From the human T2T-CHM13v2.0 reference genome, Homo sapiens, in assembly GCF_009914755.1 (NCBI RefSeq), contig NC_060937.1: a stretch of 64,000 nt of DNA; one strand, 5' to 3'. Shown piece after piece: positions 14,776 to 31,222 of the stretch. Position numbers and translations under genes: made by a program. Within the stretch, counting starts at the first letter, position 1; every line of letters starts with the position of its first letter. The notes beneath the pieces are model-generated. The model ran no database searches. It saw nothing but the letters and a program-made list of their open reading frames with translations, and had not been told where the DNA came from.

Positions 14776-15379
14776 TTCATGAAGATATATAGATAGATAC
14801 ATTACTTCACAGGGCAAAAACTTAACAACTGAGTTGTTGGCTGTGGTACAGGACTTGTGGTGTGATTAGCAAACCAAGGCAGTAATAAAAAACAACTACG
14901 ATCTATTGACAATTAAAAAATGAAGACTTATGGGCATTAACTCATATTTCCTTTCTTGCTCTGTCATATGCATAGCTATATTAGGCAAATACTTTCCCTC
15001 TTCTGTACACTTCATTTTCTTTTTTCTTCAATAAAGGGTGTATGTTGTTGATAATATCAAGATAACATTTTAACAAAAGCAAGATTTTAATGGGCATGAT
15101 TGGATGATTATGGTCTTACATTGGTTTCGGTAATTCATAGTAATTTGCTTTAACCCTTTCGATTGGAAGATTAACATGTATTTGATTGTACAAGAAATAA
15201 TTGCATTATGTTAGAAAAAATGTATGATTTTAGAAGTATAAAGAAAAGAACAAATAATTATACTAATATTGCACAGCCAAAGTTGATGATGTTGAAACCA
15301 TCTTACTATTATTTTTTTGCTTCTTATTAAATTAATGTGACTTGCATTTTTTCCACTATAACAAAATGCCTACTTCTAA

Positions 15380-15790
15380 CAACAGAGTTTGAAATTTTTG
15401 GATTCTTGCTTCCCAAGTCTCTCTTGCTGTTAGTGTGTGTGCTTGGAAACTAGAATCCACCAATCTCATGCACCTGTCCCAGACATTGAATTAGAACCAA
15501 AAAAAATAAACGTCCACGGCCGTTATTTATGGTGGGGAATCAGTAGGATCCATCTCCAGTTCATAGAATAACAGTGGCAAGAGTAACCCTAGAAGAATTG
15601 TGGGTCAAGAGCAGTGTGAAGGCAATCCACCGTGTCTATGCCTGTTGGTAGGAGCAGCGAATCTTCACTCAACAGTCCTGTACTTGACTGTGATCACCTT
15701 TATTGGCTAGGAAGTGTCCAAGCCCAGTTCTCTAGCCCTCCTCAAGATCTTGGGAGCTACTCAACAAACTTTTAAGCTACATGATTACTC
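15380..15790. mobile_element. LTR33-like ERVL LTR remnant
   Basis: TAGAATCCACCAATCTCATGCACCTGTCCCAGAC...CCCAGTTCTCTAGCCCTCC. Confidence 0.4.
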
Positions 15791-15822
15791 ATAACATATA
15801 TATGACAAAATTATATTATCTT

Positions 15823-17700
15823 AATAAACTGAAGTGGTATATACATGATCAGGCTCAAGGATATCCTGAAGGCACAAGTAAATTACATGAGGAAGTGGTT
15901 CAAATGCCCATGGTTTCCACTCCTGCCATGCTGCCTTCTCTCCCCCAGTCTGCACCTATGGCCTCATGGGGAGTTCCTTATGATCAGTTGACAGAGGAAA
16001 AGAAGACTAGGGCCTTGTTCACAGATGGTTCTGCACAATATGCTGGCACCACCTGAAAGTGGACAGCTGCAGCACTACAGCCCCTTTCTAGAAAATCCCT
16101 GAAGGACAGCGGGGAAGGAAAATCTTCCCAGTGGGCAGAACTTCAAGCAGTGCACTGGTTGTAGAGTTTGCATGGAAGGAGAAATGGCCAGATCTGTGAT
16201 TATACACTGATGCATGGGCCTTAGCCAGTGGTTTGGCTGGATGGTCAGGGACTTGAAAGAAGTATGTTTGAAATTTGGTGTCAAAGAAATTTGGGGAAGA
16301 GGTATTTGGATGGACCTCTCCAAGTGGTCAAAAACTGTGAAGATATTTGTATTCCATGTGAGTGCTGAGGTCACCAAACAGTGACATCAGCAGAAGATAA
16401 TTTTAATAATCAGGTGGACAGGATGACCCATTCTGTGGACACTACTAGCCACTTTTGCCAGCCACCTCTATGATCTCTCAATGGGCCCATGAACAAAGTG
16501 GCCCTGGTGGCAAGGATGGAGGTTACACATGGGCTCAGCAACATGGACTTCCACTAGCCAAGGCTGACCTGGTTATGGCCACTGCTGAGTGCCCAATTTG
16601 CCAGCAGCAGATACCAACACTGAGCCCTCAGTATGACACCATTCCTTGGGGTGAACAGCCAGCTAGTTGGTGGCAGGTTGATTGTAACTGGATGTCTTCT
16701 ATCATGGAAAGGAGAGAGATTTGTCCTATTGGAATAGACTTACTCTGGATATGGGTTTGCCTGTGCTGCACACAATCCTTCTGCCAAGACTATCATCCCT
16801 GGACTCAAGGAATGCCTTATCCACCATCATGGTATTCCATACAGCATTGCTTCTGACCAAAGCACTCAATTTACAGCTAAAGAAGTGTGGTAGTGGGCTC
16901 ATGCTTCTGGAATTCACTGGTCTTGCCATGTTCCCATTCATCCTAAAGTAGCTCTATTGGTAGAACGGTAGAGTGTCCTTTTGAAGTCACAATTACTATG
17001 CCAACTAGGTAACAATACTTTGCAGGGCTGGGGCAAAGTTCTCCAGAAGGCCGTGTATGCTCTGAATCAGCATCCAATATATGGTACTGTTTCTCCCACA
17101 GCCAGGATTCACGGGTCCAGGAATCAAGGGGTGGAAGTGGAAGTGGCACTACTCACCATCATCCCCAGTGATCCACTAGCAAAATTTTTGCTTTCTCTTC
17201 TCATGACATTATGTTCTGCTGGCCTAGAGGTCTTAGTTCCAGAGGGAGAAATGCTGCCACCAGGAGACACAGCAACGATTCTATTAAACTAGAAGTGAAG
17301 ATTGCCACCTGGCCACTTTGGGCTGCTCCTACCTTTAAGTCAACAGGCTAAGAAAGGAGTTACAGTGTCGGCTGGGGTGATTGACCCGGACTATCAAGAT
17401 GAAATCAGTCTACCACTCCACAATGGAGGCAAGGAAGAGTATGCATGGAATACAGGAGATCCATTAGGGTATCTCTTAGTATTACCATGCCCTATGATTG
17501 AGATCAATGGGAAACTACAACAGCTCAATCCAGGCAGGGCTACAAATGGCCCAGACCCTTCAGGAATGAAGTTTTGGGTCACTCCACCAGGAAAAAACCA
17601 TGACCTGCTGAGGTGCTTGCTGAAGGCAAAGAGAATACAGAATGGGTAGTAGAAGGTGGTCATCAATAACAGCTACGACCATGTAACCAGCTGCAAAAAT
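15823..17700 (+). pseudogene. Disrupted HERV-L pol (RNase H, integrase) and dUTPase
   Basis: FTDGSA (RNase H); WAHEQSG...ECPICQQ (integrase zinc finger); WQVD (integrase core); LPPGHFGLLLP...GVIDPDYQDEI (dUTPase); many stops and frameshifts. Confidence 0.9.
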
Positions 17701-18019
17701 GAGGACTATAATTATTGTGAGCATTTCCTCCTTCTTTTGTTAAAAACATGTTTTGCATGTATACACTTGTACTAAGAAAACAGCTTCATTCTATTTCCCT
17801 TTTCCTTTATCATGTGACGTAAGATTTATTGACTTCCTATCAGCATTTCAGTGTTAACTTTATGGAATAGAATTTGGTTTGGGGGTTGGTGTGTTTCCAG
17901 TTGTATGAATGGTAGTTGCATTATGTTAGGCATAATTATGACCTTATTATTGTCTTTATTTGAAGATTATGTATGATCTCAGGAGATGTGTATGGGTTCA
18001 AGTTGACAAGGGGTGGACT
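15823..18019 (+). mobile_element. HERV-L internal region, 5'-truncated
   Basis: pol and dUTPase remnants followed by polypurine tract AAGGGGTGGACT immediately before the LTR. Confidence 0.93.
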
Positions 18020-18470
18020 TGTAATAGTTAATACTGAGTGTCAACTTGATTGGATTGAAGGATGCAAAATTTTGATCCTGGGTATGTCTGTGAGGGTGTT
18101 GCCAAAGGAGATTAACATTTGAGTCAGTGGACTGGGAAAGGCAGACCCACCCTTAATCTGGGTGGGCAGCATCTAATCAGCTGCCAGCACAAAAACAGGC
18201 AGAAGAACATGGAGAGATTAGACTGGCTTAGTATCCCAGCCTACGTCTTTCTCCCATGCTGGATCCTTTCTGCCCTCCAACATCAGACTTCAAGCTCTTC
18301 AGCTTTGGGAATCAGACTGGCTTCCTTGCTCCTCAGCTTGCAGATGGAATATTGTGGGACTTTGTGATCGTGTGAGTTTCATACTCCTTAATGAACTCCC
18401 CTTTATATATACATATCTATATATACACATATATATGTATATGTATATGTATATATAGAGAGAGAGTGAA

Positions 18471-18514
<44 letters not shown>

Positions 18515-18548
18515 TATTAGTTCTATCCCTGTAGAGAACCCTAATACA
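18020..18548 (+). mobile_element. MLT2A (HERV-L 3' LTR) with internal (TA)n/(GA)n tract
   Basis: TGTAATAGTTAATACTGAGTGTCAACTTGATTGGATTGAAGGATGC ... GAGAACCCTAATACA. Confidence 0.93.
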
Positions 18549-18760
18549 CCCTGTCTCTACTAAAAAAAAAGTACAAAAGTTAGCCAGATGTGGTGGCACA
18601 TGCTTGTAATCCCAGCTATGGTGGCATATTCTTGTAATTCCAGCTACCAGGGAGGCTGAGGCAGAAGAATTGCTTAAACCCAGGAGGTGAAGGTTTCAGT
18701 GAGATGGCACCAGTGTACTCCAACCTGTGTGACAAGAGTGAGGATCTGTCAAAAAAAAAA
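18549..18760 (+). mobile_element. Alu lacking most of its left arm, with a duplicated right-arm start
   Basis: Starts CCCTGTCTCTACTAAAA; TGGTGGCACATGCTTGTAATCCCAGCTA is repeated as TGGTGGCATATTCTTGTAATTCCAGCTA. Confidence 0.85.
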
Positions 18761-19324
18761 TTAGATAATCTATTAGTGCTATAAATAGCAAAACCACTAA
18801 TGGGGATGAATATGTCTGTATGTCTGTGTGCGCTCACTCACACACATACATATTATTATTTTCTGAGTCAAATTGCAAACAGAATTAGAAATAATACAAG
18901 GTTAAATTCCACAATCAGAGAACAAAAAACAAAGTGAAAGTAAAATAAAGAATAAAAATCCAATTCAAGAAAAAAATTGTCACAGATAGGTTTCACTAGT
19001 CAAACAGTAGTTAACTTTACAATAAAAATTTAGCATAAACATCATTTTTATTCTCCTGGTATTTATTTCATAACCATTAATTTCTAGAATTATTTTATTT
19101 TACTCTTTTAATTTGGTAGATTAAATGGTTTATATATGTGAAAAAGTCTCTTTGCTGCCACCTCGCTAAATGATTTACCACATTATGAGGATACTATTAT
19201 AGTAATTAAAGGTTCCTAATATCTTAATTTCTTCCTTAAATTTCTAAAATAATTTCAGTACATTTAAAAATGCTTTAACATCCCACCATCTAGAAGTTTC
19301 ATTATTTATATTTCATAAACATCC

Positions 19325-19600
19325 AACATTAAATGTTGGCAAGGATGTAGAGCAAGAGAAATGCTCATTCATTATCAGGGGGATTGCAAAATAGCACAGC
19401 CATTTTGTAAGATAGTTTGACAGTTTCTTACAAAGCAAAATATATTCTTACCATAAAACCCATCAGTCATGCTCTGTAGTATTTACCAAAACAAATTAAG
19501 CAAACTCTTATGTACATTACACATTGCACACAAATGTATGGGGCAGCTTCATTTATAATTCTCAAAAAGTGAAAGAAACCAATGTATTCAATACCATAGA
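19325..19600 (+). mobile_element. L1MC/MD-like ORF2 3' fragment
   Basis: AAATGTTGGCAAGGATGTAGAGCAAGAGAAATGCTCATTCATT...GACAGTTTCTTACAAAGC. Confidence 0.7.
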
Positions 19601-19890
19601 AGATGATTGTTTATCCTTTTAATACTTTTTAGTATGGAAAACAAACATATTCATTATATGCACTGGAATATACACCTCTTTTCCCTATCACTTCGTCAAA
19701 CTGATTTATTTTTACATTTATGACTACACATCAACTGACATAATTAGTCCTTTATAGTTACATTTCATTTTTTGATTTAGTTACATGTTTTTCCAAATTT
19801 AATAATTGATTTTTAAAAATTTGCTAAATTTATTAGGTAACAGATTATTCTCTTCCTCACATTTCTGAAATAATTTCAACACATTTAAAA

Positions 19891-21063
<1,173 letters not shown>

Positions 21064-21119
21064 TACTTAAACATCACACCATCTAGAAGTTTCATTTCTT
21101 GGTGATGTCCTTCCTGGAT

Positions 21120-21309
21120 AAGGTTACTTAAGTTCAGTAGATAAATTAAAAAAGAAAGAAAGAAAATCAGTTAAATTTGAAATTTAAATAAATGAATAAT
21201 ACTTTATTATGAATATGGATCCTCCACTATTTGGGACGTATTTACACTTAAAAATAGTTCCTCTGGAACTGAAATCTAACTGGGATCACCTATGTTATCT
21301 GTCAGCCTA
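21120..21309. mobile_element. MER53-like palindromic DNA-transposon MITE
   Basis: CAGTTAAATTTGAAATTTAAATAAA ... TGGGACGTATTTACACT ... GAAATCTAACTGGG...TTATCTGTCAGCCT. Confidence 0.6.
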
Positions 21310-23077
21310 TCTAATGGATGTATTTGCTCCTGATAATTATCTTTATTGCCCTTTTATCATAAATTTCCCATTTTCTGCATTCAGTTTCTTCATTTTTCAC
21401 AAATCAGTACATTACATTAATTGAAAACATCTGCCAGTAGCCACATGACATACTAAATGGAAAGCAGTTCTTAGAGAGTTTCCATATTTAATCTACACTT
21501 AATACTTTGACCAGACATAGAGTTATAAGTACATATATATTTTTTTCTAAAGAATTTCAATGTGTTTTCCATTTTAATCGGCTTCCAGTCCTGCTGTTAA
21601 AAATTTCATTCCATTTTGATACTTGATCATTTAGAGCACCACCGTTTTTTCTTTTTTAATTATTTTAGAAACTTTTTCTTCCCTAATCAGAATTTTGTGA
21701 TGATCTTTGATGGAAGTATTTTTATTCATTTTGTCTGGCACTTTGTTATTGACTGAAAACTAAAGATAAATAAAGTTCATATTAGTAGACTTTACAACCA
21801 AGAGAGATATTTTACAGTATATAAATTAATAACATGAGATTCAAAATTGGGGGCATTAATAAGGAGGAATGAAATTGCTTTTGAAATCAGGAATAAGGTT
21901 AAAGAAAAACAAAAAAAAAAAAGTCCATACCACGCTTCTGGGCTCATTTGTACAAGCACAGGGAGGAGAGAAAATGCGTTATGTAATCAAAAATTTTGAA
22001 GGTAGCATTGACCTTGGTGGAGACGTAGGATCGTTCAGATTGTAAGTTAATGATTTAGGGATTTTCATGAAGATGGATGGTAAGTTTCAGATTGTATATT
22101 ATACTAATTTTTAAATGTAGGGAGCATGAGAGGTGAGGAAGTAAATTCTGCGCAGAGGTATATTAAAAGTGCAGACAATTATGGGGAGTAATTCGAAGTA
22201 GATAAACAGAGGCCTGGAATTCCAATGCTTCTAGGGGTGATTTACATAAACAAGGATAAAGAGCAGAATATTCATCATGATGCCTTATCAGAATTAAAGT
22301 GGAGTCAATACTTTCTGTTGTTGTTTTTAAAATATTTTATGATTTTTTAGATCAGCAAACTGTATTTACTATAATGAAGAAAAATGTAAATACATTAAAG
22401 TATTATTTCTAATATATAAAAATATATAACTTATTTTCTTCCATTTCCCCTCAAGATAAATGCCTGTGCCAGACTATTTTAGGTAGGCATTGGTGAGTAA
22501 ACTAATTTTGCCTACTTTTAACAAGCTTAGAATTTTGTTAGGAGAAAGAAATTAATGAATGAACTTTATTGCAAGTGTAAAATTTGTCAGTAATAAATAA
22601 TGTGACCTTGTTTATGTTACAGACTATGTCTAACTTAGCTGAAACAAAGACAAAGAAATAAAGATTCCTATATATATATATATATATATATTCAAGATAA
22701 CTTTGTATATACTTTTCCTGATAAGAAGACACATAATTCAAAATACTAGTGATATGAATATTACAGTTTACTTCTTTTGTGTCTCACAATAAAAAACCAT
22801 ACACTTAAACTTCCTTAGGGAAGTGAATTTTGATCTACATTCCTAGGTGTGGTGCTTGGCTAATGAAAAGAGCTATTTCAACATGGTAAATAAGAACAGA
22901 ACAAAATACACATTCATAATCCCTAAGTATCTAAATTAGGTTACAGATTAATGGATTGGTGGGTAGTTCTCAACACCCTCTGTAGTGATGAAAGTGGCAG
23001 ACAATTCAATGAGAATCATGAATTCTCTTCATTGTAATTAGAATTCTGTAGAGCTCTCTACTAAATATTACATTTGG

Positions 23078-23400
23078 GGTCAGGTGCAGTGGCTCACGCC
23101 CATAATCCCAGCACTTTGGAAGGTTGAGGTGGGAGGATCACTCAGAGCCCGGAGTTAGAGTCCAACCTTGGGCAACAAAGTGAGATCCCCATCTGTACAA
23201 AAAATAAAAAATAAAAAAAAGGAACAATTAGCTGGGTTTCATTTCACATGTCTGTAGTCCCAGCTACTCCAGAGGCTAAAACAGGAGAATTCCTTGAACC
23301 TAGGAGTTCAAAGTTGCAATATCATATAACCTATAATCATACCACTCCCTTCAGCCTGGGAAACAGATCAAGACTCTACGTAAAATAAAACAAAACAAAA
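23078..23400 (+). mobile_element. AluJ
   Basis: Diverged dimer; TSD-like AAATATTACATTTG / AAAGATTATGTTTG. Confidence 0.88.
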
Positions 23401-24624
23401 GATTATGTTTGTATTGAAAAGGTTGCTAAAAAAATAGAATTGGTTTTCAGGACATAAACCAAATCGATAAGATCAAATGCACCAGCTTGTGCGTGGAGAC
23501 TGGGTATACAGTTTTCTCCACATCAATTTTCAGCATAGGGACTCTTTCATTATTGCCAAAAGAATAAAACCTCTAACATTACCAGCAGACGGACACACTC
23601 TGACAGTACCAAACAATGCCTCTATTTTGCATAAATATTTCCTGAAAGCTGTTTGTCATCTAAGTCACTCCTTGTTCTGGGTAATTGCTATAATCCTTTG
23701 CTAAGTATTTCCTGAGTCTTGTATCTGACATCATGTTTCTACCTATGACCAATAAAGGTGTATGCCACTCTTTTCAGTAGGAGCTTAATTATAGTGATTA
23801 CTAAGTTTTGCTGTTTAGCAAAACTTAACACAAGGAACACTCATTCTGCTTTCCCCCTTTTCCCAAAGCCATTCACCATGTTGCAGAAAGCAGGCAGCTT
23901 ACCTTCCACAGTGGATCCTGGATCCACATACCACCTTGTGCAATCTAGACTCCTCTGCACCTAAAAAGATTATCCAGGCCCTGTTGTCTCTGTGCAGTTG
24001 ACATTGTGTACATACTAATGAATAGTTTTTGATTCCCCGAGAACAGTAAGTAGGAATTTGTCTTATATATGTATACTTAAACTGTTCACCAAAATTGGCC
24101 ATGCCAAAGAGAATGCCACAAGTATAAATTATAATTTTTACCCTAGAAAAAATAATTTGATTGCATCTCTAAATTTAGTATTCAAGCTTTTGTGAGGATA
24201 AACCACTTTTGCATGAATATTTTGCAGAGATGTTAGTACAGGTTGTATCAGGAAACTGTCCAGATGACATTTTAAACTTGATATCCAATATATCATGCTT
24301 TATTATTACAAGAATCTAATCAGACATAATGCAATTTATCTCTGTGACCACAGGCTTCTTCTAAACAGAATCTCCTAATTCAAATATTTTTGGGTTTCTG
24401 CTGTTTTTTTGAGCTGAAATATGGGAAACCAATTTTTTCCTTCTCCCTACTTGGCCTGTCTTATGCCTTGTAACAAACATACTTGACTTATTTTTTATAT
24501 TCTTCCTCATAGGATACTTTTTTGTTGTTTTATTTTTTCTAATTTTAGCCTTTCTAAAACAAGAAGAATATTAATTTGAAATTAGAAGAAAATTTTTCCT
24601 AATAATCTACTGGCTGTGTATCAG

Positions 24625-25302
24625 TGTATTAGTCCATTTTTCTACTGCTATGAAGAAATACCCAAGACTGGGTAATTTATAAAGAAAAAGAGGCAGCCAG
24701 GCACGGTGGCTCACACCTGTAATCCCAGCACTTTGGGAGGCCTAGGCGGGCCAATCACGAGGTCAGGAGATCGTGACCATCCTGGCTAACACGGTGAAAC
24801 CCCGTCTCTACTAAAAAAACACAAAAAAATTAGCTGGGCGTGTTGGTGGGTGCCTGTAGTCCCAGCCACTCAGGAGACTGAGGCAGGATAATGGCGTGAA
24901 CCCAGGAGGCGGAGCTTGCAGTGAGCAGAGATCGAGCCACTGCACTCCAGCCTGGGCAACTGAGCGATACTATGTCTCAAAAAAAAAAAAAAAAGAAAGA
25001 AAAAGAGGCTTAATGGACTCACAGTTCCACATGGCTTGAGAGGACTGACAATCATGGCGGAAAGTTAAGAAGGAGCAAAGGCACATCTTACATGGTGGTA
25101 GGCAAGAGAGCGTGTGCAGGAGCACTGCCCCTTATAAAACCATCAGATCTCATGAGACTTATTTACTATCACAAGGACAGCATGGGAAAACCTGCCCCCA
25201 TGATTCAATTACCTCTCACCAGGTCCCTTCCATGACACTTAGGGATTATGAGAGGTACATATCAAGATGAAATTTGGGTAGGGACATAGCCAAACCATAT
25301 CA
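24625..25302 (-). mobile_element. THE1 solo LTR interrupted by an AluY
   Basis: TGTATTAGTCCATTTT...CCAAACCATATCA; 5-bp TSD ATCAG. Confidence 0.92.
24695..24995 (+). mobile_element. AluY
   Basis: Full length; TSD AAAGAAAAAGAGGC at 24681-24694 and 24996-25009. Confidence 0.95.
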
Positions 25303-25409
25303 ATCAGCAAAATGAATCAATTTAATCCAATTAGTAATTCCTAGCCTCTTGCCTATCCAAGCTTCTTGGGCTATTTGATATTGCACTGTCAGTTTTAACT
25401 AATCAAGGA

Positions 25410-27271
<1,862 letters not shown>

Positions 27272-30200
27272 CTTGTATTCTTATTCATTAATTGAATAGT
27301 TCCTGCTGATAATCAATACTTATTTGTTAAATTACTAATCAAAACGTTACAAAAATGTATTTGAACTTATCTTTTTAGAATTGTACTTGAGCCCATTGAT
27401 CAAATGCAAAATAAATCCACAATTATATTTTATAATGACTTATTTTCATTTTACCATTTGTCCAATTCCTATTCCCCTTCTATTACCTAGCGTGGTTTTA
27501 AAACATTTTTGGTGGTGGTTCTTGCCTTCATTCACAGAGCATGATATATTTTCATTACTGATGATGTTCAAAATAGTTTTTGTGTAAAATATGTGTATGG
27601 GCAAAAATATAAACTCTGCACATAGATGAACTCTATGCTATATTGAAAAGAAATCAACATGAGGAGTGAGGTGTGTTCACACAATTCTATATATATTATT
27701 TTAATATCACTTATTTTTCAACATTTAATATTTTATAAACTATTAGGGCATATTTCGTCAAGTAAATATTAAATTTATTCTGACAACTTCCATGAACCAT
27801 CAACCTCTATTTTCACAAAAATCCAACAAATGTTATTATAAAAACTTATTAGAGATTTTTAAATAAATCTTTTGAAGTACAATTTTCTTAATATCAAAAC
27901 ACGCATACATAATAAATACATGCTTTTAATGGTATATATTATTTAATAGTATGAGAACATTTTACTGATTTTATAAACATATTAATATAAAAAGAATAAA
28001 TTTTAATACTATGAAGTGTCTATATCTATAGCCATATCTGTCTCTATTTCTATATATATAAGCACACACATATACAGACATACATTTTATTTATTCCTTG
28101 GGAAATTTCTTGAAGAAACCTAAAATTATACTTAATGAATAAGAATTAGTCTGTAACATTTGCAATGTTGTTATGCATTATATTCAATACATGATACATT
28201 TCCCTCAAATTTCACTAGATGGTGCTATGTATTAAATATAACAAATTTTATGTTTAGTAACAGAGTTCATCGTAATAAACTATCTATTAACATGCTATTA
28301 TATTTATGACTATAAAACAGGAAACTTGTATTATATGACTGTTTTTATTCATTTATGGGCCTCTTTCATGAAAAGACCTACCGACACAAGTGATGAGAAG
28401 GCAAAAACAGAAAGTGAAGACCTCTTTCCCCTAAAATGACTGTTGAGGTTGTTTAATGGTGTGTGAGAGCTTATCAAATTTTCCCTGGCTCACACCCACC
28501 TACTGTGTTATCACTTATCTTTTTTGATGGCTAATTAAGTTATAATTTATAAATTCCATATAAAACGTATTTTCTAAGATGTGCAGTAATTATTGATATA
28601 TACTAATTGACCATACAGAATTAATCCGATCAACCATTAAAAAATTCAGGCACTTATTTTTAAATTACATATCACAAGTGTTATCAGATCAAGTTGTTGG
28701 GATCCCTGTCAAAGAAGGTCAAATGAAAATCTTTGAAGATCATAGAAGCATAGTCGTTACTTTCTAAATATAAGTAAGCCTATCCTAGATACAAGGCCTT
28801 ATAAACACTCAGAAATGATAATCTCATAATCTTCTTTTGCTTTTGTTTGAATATATGTTTTATTCCTTATCATGACTGTCTCTAGTATGTTTAGTTTAAG
28901 CCAAACTTGTTTATAGAAAAAATTCATTTTGTGATTTACATCAAGAATTTTTAGCCTCAGTACTGCTATTGATGATAGAGCAAAACATGGTCACTGAAAA
29001 GTACAAATAGACAAAGGATTATGAAAACGCCTGGATCCTACCATGTAATATACCACTTCTTGGTCTACTGATTCAGATATGTTTATAATCATGAATATAA
29101 ATGCACTCTAATTCAAGCCTAACCTGATTAGATCTGCATAAACTTTCAAAGGTTAATCAAGTCAAGTGAAGTGCAGCACAACTGTATATGTAGGTTCTCA
29201 CCCTTAGCAGACTTTCCATATGAAGTGGGATTGCATTTCTTTTACTTTTTCCTAACATCAAGTTATGAATGCATGAGCCTTTGTCAGTTCACTTATTAGA
29301 AATTAGTTCCACCTGAAGTGTCTGCCACAAGTTCTTCTGCAAATAACACTGGTAAAGTTAAAACTCTGAAAGGAGCAGTTACCGTATTCTTCTGACCTTG
29401 GCTAATGTTGCATTCTCACATTGGAGGGGGCTGCTCATTCTTCTCAATGCTTGCCAGTTGAAACTCTTTGGAACTAAGTAGTCACAATTTCTGCCTAAGG
29501 TATTCACTTCTGAAATTCATGCTGACTTTGCTGATGGTACCGTGAATGCTGCTGATGTTATAGTTACTAACAAAGAAGTGGTTTGGCATTGCTCTTTCTT
29601 TGTAGTCTACTTCCACTTTGCCAAAAAATGTATAGCATCCCTACCACCATCACCAATATCAACAGAATCATTCCAACCTCCTTAGTTATTAGAATCTGGC
29701 TTATAGAAAAAAGGAAATTTCTCCATATCCCCACTACTTCCAGGTTGACCTTTTATTTGATGTTAAAAATGGAAGTATTAATTTTATCAGATAAAAATTA
29801 ATAACAAACATTTAAGCACTCCTCAAGTATTTGGAAATTAAGCACAGCATTTTTAAATAACACATTGATCAAAAAGAAAGTTTTCAGAAAACTTAGAAAA
29901 TATTTTAAGATAAATAAAATCACAAATGCAACATATCAAAATTTGTGAGTTGCAGATAAATCAGTACTGAAACAGAAACAGCAAAAAATCCATGTTTAAG
30001 AAAACAGGGCCCCAGTCAATAATCCAAGTATACAACTTAGGAAAATATTTAAAGAAGAATAAATTAAGTCCAAAGCAAGTGGAATAAAGAAAATAGTAAA
30101 TATAAGAGCTGAAAGTATTTAAACTGGAATCAGAACAGCAAGATAATAGCAGTGAAACAAAACCTGCTTCTTTGAAAGAAAAATTGACTAATCTCTAGCA

Positions 30201-30302
30201 AAACTGACCCCACACATAGACACAAACACAACACACAAATTATTCATATCAGTAATGAAAGGAAAAACATCCCTGCAAATATTAAAAGATAATAAGTAAA
30301 TA

Positions 30303-30490
30303 CAGGTAGAGTATTCTTTATCAGAAATGCTTGAGACTGAAAGTCATTCATATTTTGGACCTTTTCAAATTTGGGACGATTTGCACATACCTAATGAAAT
30401 ATCCTGTGGATATGACCTAAGCCTAAATACAAAATCCACTTGTGTTTCATATACACTTTATACACAGAGTCTAAAGATAATTTTATATAA
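30303..30490. mobile_element. Tigger4/MER46-like fragment
   Basis: TA followed by CAGGTAGAGTATTCTTTATCAGAAATGCTTGAGAC. Confidence 0.7.
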
Positions 30491-30492
30491 TA

Positions 30493-31222
30493 CAGGTCGA
30501 GCATCTCTAATCCAAATATTCAAAATTTGAAATACTCCAAATTCCAACACTTTTTGAGCAACAACATTACACCACAAGTGAAAAATTCCACACTTGATCT
30601 CATGTGAGGTGTTTCAGTAAAAATGCAGTCAAAACTTTCTTTTATGCACAACATTACTAAAAATACTGCATAAAATTACCTTCAGGCTCTGGGTGTTAGG
30701 TGTATATTAAACTTAAATGAATTTCGTGTTCAGAGTTGGGTTCCACTCCCAAGATATCTGATAAGGTTTGGCTCTGTGTCCCCACCCAAATCTCACCTTG
30801 AATTGTAATCCCCATAATTCCCACGTGTCAAGGATGGGACCAGCTGGAGGTAATTGAATCATAGGAACCGTTTCCTCTGTGCTGTTCTCATGATAATGAA
30901 AGAGTCTCAAGAGAGCTGAGGTTTTATAAGCATCTAGCATTTCCCCTGCTTGTACTCATTCTCTCTCCTGCTGCTCTGTAAAGAGGTGGCTTCTGCCATG
31001 ATTGTAAGTTTCCTGAGGCTTCCCCCACCATATGAAACTGTGAGTCAATTAAAACTCTTTTCTTTATAAATTACCTAGTCCTGGGTATGTATTCATAGCA
31101 GCACAAGAACGAACTAATACAATATCTCATTATATATATGCAAATATTCTCAGATCTGAAAAAAAACCAGTATAAAATCTGAAACACTTCGACTCTCCAG
31201 CATTTTGGATAAGGAATTTTGT
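30493..31222. mobile_element. Tigger4b-like element, opposite in orientation to the preceding fragment, interrupted by an LTR
   Basis: TA followed by CAGGTCGAGCATCTCTAATCC ... CCAGCATTTTGGATAAGGAAT. Confidence 0.75.
30759..31121 (+). mobile_element. THE1D/MSTA-like MaLR solo LTR
   Basis: TGATAAGGTTTGGCTCTGTGTCCCCACCCAAATCTC...ACTAATACA; 5-bp TSD ATATC. Confidence 0.92.

Noticed and set aside
15781-17649. Possible domesticated or intact retroviral gene
   Set aside because: Multiple stops and frameshifts, and the second His of the integrase HHCC motif is lost; a decayed HERV-L.
21978-21987. D-box GTTATGTAAT (PAR-bZIP/NFIL3 motif)
   Set aside because: A single AT-rich 10-mer without other support.
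23911-23927. Palindrome GTGGATCC-T-GGATCCAC
   Set aside because: Arms of 8 bp are within chance expectation for 64 kb.
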